Origin: an uncultured delta proteobacterium | GTDB taxonomy: Bacteria > Desulfobacterota > Binatia > Binatales > Binataceae | Assembly (NCBI GenBank): GCA_963842085.1 | Contig: CAWJET010000001.1 | Location: 832,001-896,000 of the forward strand | Direction of reading: 5' to 3' | DNA: 64,000 bases | Part shown: positions 1 to 8,572 of the stretch, piece by piece | How the letters are laid out: each line of letters starts with the position of its first letter | How positions within the stretch are numbered: position 1 is the stretch's first letter | Program-made: the position numbers and the translations under genes | Notes under the pieces: model-generated | Told to the model about the DNA's origin: nothing | Database searches by the model: none | Seen by the model: only the letters and a program-made list of their open reading frames with translations

Positions 1-39
1 CCGAGAGCAGAGGGAACTGGGCGCAAGGACAAAAACTCG

Positions 40-177
40 ATGCGACGACTATTCAGCTTAGCGGCGTTCGGCTTCGGCTTCTATTACCTCTGGTACAACA
101 CCGACCCGACCGTCGAGATGGTTGCGGTCGGTGCCATGGGTTTTGCTCTTCTGCTCGAGTTCGCCGGCGCCGACTGA
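40..177 (+). CDS. small hypothetical membrane protein (45 aa)
   Basis: Hand-translated ATG40..TGA177: MRRLFSLAAFGFGFYYLWYNTDPTVEMVAVGAMGFALLLEFAGAD. It has two hydrophobic segments and an AAGGA SD-like motif at 25-29. Below the ORF-track cutoff. Confidence 0.5.
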   Translation: MRRLFSLAAFGFGFYYLWYNTDPTVEMVAVGAMGFALLLEFAGAD

Positions 178-233
178 TCGGTACCAGTCGCCATTTTCGT
201 TGATCCAAACTGACTGTTCGCGATTGTCGATCA

Positions 234-1436
234 TTACGGCGCGCGAAGGAGTGCTCCCGGTTCGGCGAGGACGAAATATGCGGCCCCGGCAAACGCGATT
301 GCCCCCGACAAAATAAACATCGGACCGTAGCTTAACTGCGTCGCGACAATTCCGAGCACGTACGGACCCGCCATCGCGCCGAAATCGTACAACGACGAAT
401 AGATGCTCGACGAACGGCCGGTGGCCAAGGCCGGAGTGCGAGCAATCACGAGCGCGCTCAGGGCGGGATACAAATATCCGTGACCGATTCCGCCAACTGC
501 AGCGGCCATGTCCAGCACCGCCGTCGTGCCGGCGCCGGCAATCATCGCAAGACCAATTGCCAGCACGATCAGCGACGGCGCGATTGCGCGATTGAGGCCG
601 ATTCGATCCATCAACTGCCCGCCGCGCACACGTACAGCTACCGCCGCCACGCTATAGATCGCGAAGTACCAGGCGACACGATGCACGCCCTCCTGATAGG
701 CGTAGGGGGCGACGAAACTGAGGCGCGAGGAAATCGCCAGCGCAAACATCAGCGTCACGATCCATAACGGCAGCATCGCGCGATCAGTCAGCAACGTCAT
801 GTAACCGGGGCCGACCGCGAGCGCGTCTGACGAAGGGTGTTCACGGCCAGCGGGCTCGATAACGGCGCCCGCGATCAGCGCGCTGAACAGCATCAGGACA
901 ATCGCCAGTGCGAAGAACGCCGTGAATCCGAAACTGCGAATCAATTGTTCGCCGACGACCGGACCGAGCGCGGCCGGTATCATGCCGCACAGACTGAAGA
1001 TCGCCATCGCTTCCCCCTCACGGCCGCTGGGAAGCATCTCGTAAATCAGCGCGAACAGCGCGACGCGCGCGGTGCCCTCGACTGCGCCGTGAATGGCGCG
1101 CACTGCGAAGATCGGCACGCTGAGCGAATGCACCGGCAGGTAGAGCGCGATCGCAAACGCGTCGAGAAAGAGAAACCACATCGCGATCCCTCGGCGCCCG
1201 CGCCAATCGATAAGAGCGCCGACCGCAGGACGTGACGCAAGCGCGGCGAGCGAACCGGTACCGATAATCGCGCCGATGAGGCCGGCCGACCCTCCGTGAT
1301 CGACGATCCACAGCGGGAACAGCACGAACAGATTGGAAACCGAGTTCAGTGCGAAGCTCGAGGCGAAGACCAACCAGAAGGCACGGCTGTAAACTATTCG
1401 GCTGGTCGAGGAAGCAGCACCGGGCTCAGCGATCAT
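234..1436 (-). CDS. MFS transporter
   Basis: 400 aa with about 12 hydrophobic segments and MFS motif A-like GALIDWRGRR and GQLMDRIG. Confidence 0.9.
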   Translation of the reverse strand: MIAEPGAASSTSRIVYSRAFWLVFASSFALNSVSNLFVLFPLWIVDHGGSAGLIGAIIGTGSLAALASRPAVGALIDWRGRRGIAMWFLFLDAFAIALYLPVHSLSVPIFAVRAIHGAVEGTARVALFALIYEMLPSGREGEAMAIFSLCGMIPAALGPVVGEQLIRSFGFTAFFALAIVLMLFSALIAGAVIEPAGREHPSSDALAVGPGYMTLLTDRAMLPLWIVTLMFALAISSRLSFVAPYAYQEGVHRVAWYFAIYSVAAVAVRVRGGQLMDRIGLNRAIAPSLIVLAIGLAMIAGAGTTAVLDMAAAVGGIGHGYLYPALSALVIARTPALATGRSSSIYSSLYDFGAMAGPYVLGIVATQLSYGPMFILSGAIAFAGAAYFVLAEPGALLRAP

Positions 1437-2194
1437 CGTCGCGACTTGCGCGCATTCGGCACAATTCCCGCTGCGGGCGAAAGTTCCCCCCGAAGCGCGA
1501 TCGGACCGGCAGGTGCTTCGCTGTACGATTCATTTTCCAGCGTGATGCTGATCGCGAGGTCTTTGTCGCGTCCGGGTGGCAAGTCCACCGGCACCGTGGC
1601 GAGGTCGTCGTCGCCGACCAGAAAATCGGCGGCCCAAATCGGCGCACCGCGTTTCGGCATCCACCAGATGCGGTAAACCTGGAAGGGACCGGTTGGCTGG
1701 AGGCCGTTCGCTTCGAGCATCGCGGCGCCGGCTGATTCGCTCATCGCCAGCTTGCCGGAGGGGAGGTCGGGGCCGCCGGATTGAGCGCTCGACTTGTCCT
1801 TCCTGGCGGGCGGGGCCAGCTTGATGGTGCGAAGGTCCGGCGCGAAAAGGATTTTCTCAAATACCTCGCCCACGGTGGCGCGTTCGCGCTCGGAGCCGAG
1901 CTTGCGCTGCGTAACCGCGGTCTGGCGGCGCAGATCGCGGACGGTCGCATTCAGGGCAGCCACGCGGCGATTCACATAGTTGGTGCGTCGTGCGAGCGAC
2001 TTGGCGAGTTCGGACGTCACGATAAGGGACGCGAGTGCGATCGCGACAGACATCCCCGCGATCGCCTGCCAGAGCTTGACGCGAAGGAGTCGCGGCGGGC
2101 GGCCGGCGGACGGCAATTCGCCGCTCTTGCGCCCACTTTCTGAGCTCGCTTCGGGTTCGCCCTGCTCCATCACAACGTTCGGCGCCACGTCCAA
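1433..2194 (-). CDS. anti-sigma factor RskA-like protein (TM + coiled coil + RskA C-terminal domain); start may be ATG 2170
   Basis: Single TM (LWQAIAGMSVAIALASLIV), then GL.P....VYRIWW and ISITLE...SEAPAGP, as in RskA C-terminal domains; 4-nt overlap with the MFS gene. Confidence 0.65.
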   Translation of the reverse strand: MDVAPNVVMEQGEPEASSESGRKSGELPSAGRPPRLLRVKLWQAIAGMSVAIALASLIVTSELAKSLARRTNYVNRRVAALNATVRDLRRQTAVTQRKLGSERERATVGEVFEKILFAPDLRTIKLAPPARKDKSSAQSGGPDLPSGKLAMSESAGAAMLEANGLQPTGPFQVYRIWWMPKRGAPIWAADFLVGDDDLATVPVDLPPGRDKDLAISITLENESYSEAPAGPIALRGELSPAAGIVPNARKSRR

Positions 2195-2272
2195 GGACTC
2201 GATCCAACGGTATTATGCCCAATAGGTAGCGGCTTTGTTAGCCGCGCCCTTTCGGATAAAAATAAGGGCCTT

Positions 2273-3346
2273 ATGCGTCGAATTCAGGACGTTCACGTTC
2301 TGGCCACGGAACCGCTGATCGCACCGCATCTGCTCAAGAATGAGATGCCGGTGGACGAGGGGATTGCGCGGACCGTGGTCGAAGCGCGCGAGACGATTCG
2401 CGAAATCCTGGCCGGGCGGGACCGCAGGATGCTGTGCATAGTCGGTCCGTGTTCGATACACGACCCCGCCGCGGCGATTGACTATGCGCAGCGGCTGGCG
2501 AAGCTCAAGGACGCGACCTCGGATCGGCTCTACCTGATCATGCGCGTGTATTTCGAAAAGCCGCGCACGACCGTGGGATGGAAGGGGCTGATCAACGATC
2601 CGCACATGGACGACAGCTGCGACATGCGCGAAGGACTGCGCATCGCGCGCCGCTTGCTGATCGATATAAACCGGCTGGGGCTCGCGGCGGGGACCGAACT
2701 GCTCGATCCGATCACGCCGCAATATATCGCGGACCTGGTGGCGTGGGCCGCGATCGGCGCGCGCACGACCGAATCACAAACGCATCGCGAGATGGCCAGC
2801 GGTTTGTCGATGCCGGTCGGCTTCAAGAACACGACCGAAGGAAATCTGCAGGTTGCGATCAACGCGATTCAATCGGCCCGCCGGCCGCATTCTTTTCTCG
2901 GCATCACGCAGGAGGGGATGTCGGCGGTGATTCGCACCTCGGGAAATCCCGACACGCACGTCGTGCTGCGCGGCGGGCGCAAGCCGAACTACGACGCCGG
3001 CAGTATCGAGGAGTGCCGCCAGATGCTCGCGAGCGCCGGGCTGGAGCCGCGCATGATGGTGGATTGCTCGCACGCGCAAACCAGCAAGGACTTCACCAAG
3101 CAGCCCGCGGTGATGAAGACATTGGTTGACCAGGTATGCGCCGGCAGCGGTGCGATCATGGGTGTGATGCTCGAGAGCAATATCGAAGCAGGCAGCCAGC
3201 CGCCCGGCTCGAATCGCGCCAAGCTGAAGTACGGCGTGTCAGTCACCGACCCGTGCATCGATTGGGCAACCACCGAGCGATGCATCCTCGACGCCGCGAA
3301 GGCACTCGCCTCGGCTCGTGGGTGCCAACACGGAAGTCCCGCTTAA
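2273..3346 (+). CDS. aroG: 3-deoxy-7-phosphoheptulonate (DAHP) synthase, class I-alpha
   Basis: Motifs IVGPCSIHD, RVYFEKPRTTVGWKGLINDP, AIGARTTESQTHRE, MVDCSH, YGVSVTDPCI. Confidence 0.93.
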   Translation: MRRIQDVHVLATEPLIAPHLLKNEMPVDEGIARTVVEARETIREILAGRDRRMLCIVGPCSIHDPAAAIDYAQRLAKLKDATSDRLYLIMRVYFEKPRTTVGWKGLINDPHMDDSCDMREGLRIARRLLIDINRLGLAAGTELLDPITPQYIADLVAWAAIGARTTESQTHREMASGLSMPVGFKNTTEGNLQVAINAIQSARRPHSFLGITQEGMSAVIRTSGNPDTHVVLRGGRKPNYDAGSIEECRQMLASAGLEPRMMVDCSHAQTSKDFTKQPAVMKTLVDQVCAGSGAIMGVMLESNIEAGSQPPGSNRAKLKYGVSVTDPCIDWATTERCILDAAKALASARGCQHGSPA

Positions 3347-3357
3347 GATATTCTATT

Positions 3358-4719
3358 ATGCCCGCCCCGAGCAGAGAAAAGCTTATAGCCGCAGCGAACG
3401 TTCCGGTCGCCGCGGATATTTACACAGTCGAATACCATAGGGCCTCCCGTTTCGAACGGCTCGCGTTTACGGGATTGGCAGCACTAGCAGCCATGTACGT
3501 TGCGGTCGTGATCCGATGGCTCCCAGCACGCGCGACCACGTGGGACTTCAGTCATTACTACGCCAGCGCCATGGTGCTTCGAGAAGGGGGCGATCCATAC
3601 ACGACAGATCTGCAGCCTATTGGCACTCGGCTCGGCCTCAAGATCGATCAGATCAACCGCGGCACTTATCCGCCGACCTTTATCTGGTGTTTCTCGCCGC
3701 TGACTCGCCTTCCCGTGCGCTGGGCATTCTTCGTATGGCAAGCGCTAAGCATCGTGTGCCTGGCCGCGGGACTTCTGCTCCTCATGCGCGAAACGGTTTC
3801 GCGTCGCGCGGCCGCCTGGCTCACGCTCGGTGTAGTGTTCTTCGCACCCATGGAACTGCATATGGCATTCAGTCAGACCCAATTCATGGTGTTGCTGATG
3901 CTGGTACTCGTGATTCGCGCGCTGGAGCATTCGCGCGATGCAGAGGCTGGATCGATTCTGGCTGCAGCGGCGCTTCTGCGCGCCTACCCGCTCGCGATGG
4001 CGGGCTACCTGGTCGTGCGGCGGCACTGGAAGGCGCTCGGCTGGATGGCGGTCGGACTAGCGGTTGGAGGGACGACTACAGTCGCTGCGGTTGGACTCAA
4101 GACCTGCTTCGACTTTAGATACGTGCCGGCAATGATCACCCAGCGCTGTTTTCTTGAGGATCCCCATCAGATCGCGCTCGGGTCATTTATCGCGCGGATG
4201 TTCTGGCGCCTGGGTGATTCTGGCCTCATCGGTCAGCACGAGTCCCTGCGCGAGGTAGTCTCATTTACCGTCTGTGCGGCGGTGGGAATCTTTGTGATGG
4301 TGCTCACCTGGACGCGCGAGACTAACGAAAACGAACCCGACACGGATCGTCGCGCTTACTCGTTGTGGATCGCAACGATGATCCTGATATCGCCGACCTC
4401 ATGGGATCACTACCTGGTGCTGCTTCTGCTTCCTTTCATTCAGATTAGCGCGGCCGCTGTGGCGGGCAGAGTCAGGCGTCCCGCTGTAATCATGTGCATT
4501 GCCAGTTACGTTCTGGCGGAGATCGCCTTCGGGATGATCGCGTGGAGTCGGTCTGTACACTCGCACTCGCCACTAATTACCGAGATGGGCTTCATGTGCG
4601 CCGCGACCGCCTGGGTCGGAATAGCGCTGTTCGCAAAAACACCAGCAAGTTTGACAGTCGCACACCTTGCCGGCTTGGGCGCCTCCAGCGCGACGGTGGC
4701 TGCGGGTCACCGCACATAG
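3358..4719 (+). CDS. glycosyltransferase family 87 (DUF2029-like, GT-C fold) membrane protein
   Basis: DFSHYY..A......GGDPY, TYPPTF...F.PL and SPTSWDHY motifs; polytopic. Start taken at ATG 3358, after the aroG stop. Confidence 0.75.
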   Translation: MPAPSREKLIAAANVPVAADIYTVEYHRASRFERLAFTGLAALAAMYVAVVIRWLPARATTWDFSHYYASAMVLREGGDPYTTDLQPIGTRLGLKIDQINRGTYPPTFIWCFSPLTRLPVRWAFFVWQALSIVCLAAGLLLLMRETVSRRAAAWLTLGVVFFAPMELHMAFSQTQFMVLLMLVLVIRALEHSRDAEAGSILAAAALLRAYPLAMAGYLVVRRHWKALGWMAVGLAVGGTTTVAAVGLKTCFDFRYVPAMITQRCFLEDPHQIALGSFIARMFWRLGDSGLIGQHESLREVVSFTVCAAVGIFVMVLTWTRETNENEPDTDRRAYSLWIATMILISPTSWDHYLVLLLLPFIQISAAAVAGRVRRPAVIMCIASYVLAEIAFGMIAWSRSVHSHSPLITEMGFMCAATAWVGIALFAKTPASLTVAHLAGLGASSATVAAGHRT

Positions 4720-4739
4720 CATCGCGTTCGCCTCGCATA

Positions 4740-6890
4740 ATGGCTCAGGTCAATAGCGATTACGGGCGGTACCAATGGGCCGCGGCGTTCCTGCTCTACC
4801 TATCATTCTCAATTCTGCTGTTCGGGAGTGGTCTCGCAGGCCACCTCACCACTTTTTACATCGGGCGCGAGACCGACCCTGGGGTGCACATGTGGTTTTT
4901 CAACTGGTGGAGGTTCTCGCTCGTGCACGGACTCAACCCGTTTATCACTGATTGGGTTTGGGCGCCGTTGGGAATCAACCTGGCGTGGACGACCTGCGTG
5001 CCGCTGCCATCGTTGATTTCAATCCCTCTGCAAGTCACAGTGGGCGAGCCCGCAACCTACAACATCATCGCAATGCTGATGTTACCGCTCGCGGCATTTG
5101 CTGGGTTTCTGCTATGTCGGCGCGTGACGGGAGCGTTCTGGCCGTCAATGCTGGGCGGATACATCTTCGGTTTTTCTTCATACATGCTTGGCCAGGTACT
5201 CGGTCACCTTGTTGAGGTCGCGGTTTTCCCGGTGCCCCTGATCGTGCTGGTCACGCTCAAGAGACTCGACGGCGAGATTTCGGCGCGACGGTTCGCGATT
5301 GGGCTCGCGGCGCTGTTGACAGTTCAGTTCCTTTGTTCGGTAGAACTTTGCGCGACTGTCACCATGATGGGTGGATTCGCCTTTTTGCTCGCCCTCGCGC
5401 TTTTCGACAGCGACGTTCGCACGCGACTTGCAGGTCTCATCGCACCCACAATAGCGGGATACCTGATGGCAGGCGCAGTACTATCGCCGTACCTATACTA
5501 CCTGCTCGCGCTCGGCTTCCCTCACAGTCCGATTTTTTCACCCGGCAACTTCAGCGGAGACCTGCTGAATTACTTCATTCCCACCGAGACGAATCTGTTT
5601 GGCGCCTTTGGATTCGCACGGGCTATAACGGGAACGTTTGGCGCGAACATTTTCGAGAACGGCGCGTATATCGGAATCCCGCCTCTAATCGTGATCGAGA
5701 TATACCGGCGGGCCACGTGGCGCACATCGATGGGCAAGTACCTGATTACGATGCTCGCGATTACTATCGTCGCTTCATTCGGGCCCGCGCTGCATGTGGC
5801 GGGACGTGCCGGAATTCCGATGCCGTGGGCGATCGTCGGGCGGTTGCCGCTGATTTCGATCGCGCTCCCGGTGCGCTTCATGATGTACGCGTTCCTGATC
5901 CTGGGGGTGATGGTTGCGATGTGGTTCGCCACGTCGGCGGCGCGTAGGCTTACGAAGTGCGTCGTGGCCTCGGTGATACTGGTCTCGATCGCGCCGAATC
6001 TGCATCCATCATTCTGGGTCAGCAGGCTCGACATTCCCGCATTCTTCACCGACCGAATATACGCAACTGAACTTGAACCGCGCGAGATCATTTTGCCTTT
6101 GCCATGGGCACAGAATGGCAACAGCATGTACTGGCAAATGCAGAGCGACATGTACTTCCGCATGGCCGGCGGATGGACGGGGATCTCGCCATTCGAATTT
6201 CATCGAATGCCGGTGGCTGACTACTTCAACGGCGATATTGACCTGCCCGAGCCTGCCGATCAGCTCAAGGCCTACATCGCCCGCTTCGGCGTGCAGGCCA
6301 TAATCGCGGACCCGAAGGACGCAAACTTTCCGATCTGGCAGCGGACCCTCACGTCGCTCGGGGTAGCAGCGCTAAACGAAAAAGGCGTGTGGATTTACAA
6401 AATCCCGCGCGACTGGTTCACGGAGTACGCCAAGCTTCCGCCCGCGCAGGTCGAAGCGCGCGCCGACGCGCTGCGCTTCGATACGATCCTCGAGGCAGCC
6501 GGAAAGTATCTCGCCGACCGACATGACCTCTCGAAACTTTCTCCACTTGAACTCAAACGGCTCGATCTCATTCCGCGCGACTGGCTGGTCGATGCGGCGC
6601 TCCACACCCTCTGGCAAATCGCGCCGGCGCCCGGGAGCCAGGTTGCCATCATCATCGTTGGCTCGTACGAGGGCGTAAGGCCGCTCATAGAGCGCTACCG
6701 TGCGACCGCCTCCGAGATCGATTATCCTGCACCGACGCGATGGACGCCCGATGCCCGTCCTCGCCTGGATGTCATCAAGCCATTGCTCGTGACTTTCGAC
6801 ACAGCCCATCTGGCCGCCGCCGCGCAGCGCCTGCACGATTCACCGCCGCCAGAGCGAACGACGCCATTCCTAGGCACGGGTTCCCAATGA
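4740..6890 (+). CDS. polytopic membrane protein, putative GT-C/YfhO-like glycosyltransferase (copy 1)
   Basis: ATG 4740; N-terminal TM followed by a loop with DP..HMWFFNWW, many TMs and a soluble C-terminal domain; paralog of 8573-10744. Confidence 0.65.
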   Translation: MAQVNSDYGRYQWAAAFLLYLSFSILLFGSGLAGHLTTFYIGRETDPGVHMWFFNWWRFSLVHGLNPFITDWVWAPLGINLAWTTCVPLPSLISIPLQVTVGEPATYNIIAMLMLPLAAFAGFLLCRRVTGAFWPSMLGGYIFGFSSYMLGQVLGHLVEVAVFPVPLIVLVTLKRLDGEISARRFAIGLAALLTVQFLCSVELCATVTMMGGFAFLLALALFDSDVRTRLAGLIAPTIAGYLMAGAVLSPYLYYLLALGFPHSPIFSPGNFSGDLLNYFIPTETNLFGAFGFARAITGTFGANIFENGAYIGIPPLIVIEIYRRATWRTSMGKYLITMLAITIVASFGPALHVAGRAGIPMPWAIVGRLPLISIALPVRFMMYAFLILGVMVAMWFATSAARRLTKCVVASVILVSIAPNLHPSFWVSRLDIPAFFTDRIYATELEPREIILPLPWAQNGNSMYWQMQSDMYFRMAGGWTGISPFEFHRMPVADYFNGDIDLPEPADQLKAYIARFGVQAIIADPKDANFPIWQRTLTSLGVAALNEKGVWIYKIPRDWFTEYAKLPPAQVEARADALRFDTILEAAGKYLADRHDLSKLSPLELKRLDLIPRDWLVDAALHTLWQIAPAPGSQVAIIIVGSYEGVRPLIERYRATASEIDYPAPTRWTPDARPRLDVIKPLLVTFDTAHLAAAAQRLHDSPPPERTTPFLGTGSQ

Positions 6891-6921
6891 GTCAGGCGAA
6901 ACTTTCCCGGATGGTGCGGCA

Positions 6922-8482
6922 GTGACATTGAATGCGAACTCAATGACGCTGAGCTCCGTGGCTAAGCCATCCTGGCGGCTGCAGACGTGGTTGTTCGTCC
7001 TTTTGGCAGCCGAGCTCATTGCCCTGGACATCATCCGGCTTCCTTACGGCCTGGATTTCGATGCATTCGCGTTCTCCGACATCGGCTCCAACTTCACGAT
7101 CCAGCGCCTGGTAGCGCTGGGACAGAGGCCGCAAATCGACTTCGGCTACCACTATGGTCTGTTGCCGATACTACTTGGGAAAATCTGGTTTTCACTCTTT
7201 GGCATGACGCCGATAGCATATGAAGTATCCATGGTCGCCTGCGGACTCGTCGTCGTATGGGCTCTGGCGCAGATTGCCGCATCGCTTCAATTCCGAGCCT
7301 TTGGTCTCGCACTGCTCTTCATCGGACTCGGGTTTGCGATACAAGTGAGCTATCCGAACCTCGCCCATATACTCGAATCAGCGTTGATAGCGCTTGCGCT
7401 GAGCTCGCAATCACGTGGCCATCGCAACGCTGCCTTGGCTTTTGCCTGTGCTGGGCTCTTTTGCAAGCCCAGCATGAGTTATGTGTACGGTTTGGTCCTG
7501 GTCATTCCGATTGCGACGAATCTTTCACGGTCGCGAGCCACCGTTTCCGACTTTGTGCGCGCATTCGCGCCCGCCGCTATTACCGGGACCGTACTGATCG
7601 TGATATTAGCGACGCTCTACAGCCCGGCTTCGGCGATTCGAACCTTGTTCCCAGTGCAAGGAGCCATCGCCTATCATGACCAGAACTTCGGTTTTTTCCG
7701 CGGCATAGGCCGAAGCTTTTGGAATCCGCCCAACGTGCCATGGATTTTCTATTTGCTCGACTTTTCCGGTTTCTGGATTGCGAGTTCAACCTTCCTGCTT
7801 GTATGCGGAGCGATGGCGTGGACTCGTTGGCATAGGCAGATAGCCGTTATTGCTCTTGACACGCGCCGCGACGAGATTGTCTGGACCTGTGCGACCCTGC
7901 ATGTCGCTTTCGTCTGTTTCTTTTTTGGAAACCAGTGGTCGTGGATCTGCTACTCTTTCATACTCATCCTCGGCATTGCCGCCGCCGCCGATTTATCTCC
8001 GATGAATCGAAGGTTAGCGCTGATCCTTTGCTTCCTCGGGCTAACGAGCTGGATCGGTCGCGGCTGGTATATCGCAAAGTACTGGCGCGAACGCTCGCCT
8101 TCGCCCATAACCGGGGGGCTATGGGCTCCTCTCGACGAAACTGCTGAATGGCGAAATGTCCTTGCAATAGCGGATGGACGTCGAGCAATCGTTACTTGAG
8201 ACAAAGGGTGACGCAGCCTTGATGTTTCCTGAGTTCGCTCCACCGGTCGCGCTCTACCTCGACCCTGGCCTGATGCGGGCCCCGGAAATTCAGCGAGAAG
8301 TCGAACAACTGTCGGGCGCTAACATTGTCGTTGTCTGTGTCTCTGATGACATTGCTCCAGAATCGCGAGGTGTTCCCAAAGCACCCGAAATCGAGCACGC
8401 GATGAAGTCATTCGAGCGAATCTTCGCCGGCAAGTATCTAGACGTTTACCGCCGCCGCGGCGTTGCAGGGTCTAGCGACTGA
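6922..8482 (+). pseudogene. frameshifted polytopic membrane protein (GT-C-like), or a sequencing error
   Basis: ORF 6922-8199 (DFGYHYGLLP, many TMs) ends at RRAIVT*. The overlapping frame 8174-8482 continues LLETKGDAALMFPEFAPP. A single indel near 8190 would join them. Confidence 0.55.
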
Positions 8483-8572
8483 CCGCCCCGTCTTCACTCA
8501 GCCAGATGCGTCCGACTGCTTGATTGCAGGGACCGGTCAATCCGTTTAGCTTCTTTCAGCGGGCGGCACAAA

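Noticed and set aside
3136-3357. N-terminal extensions in the ORF track (also 4494, 18465, 23093, 47709, 51285, 53947, 55706)
   Set aside because: They overlap upstream genes or intergenic DNA; downstream starts fit the family N-termini or SD motifs better
8185-8200. Programmed frameshift or selenocysteine readthrough at TGA 8197-8199
   Set aside because: No slippery heptamer or obvious SECIS-like hairpin, and the continuation lies in another frame
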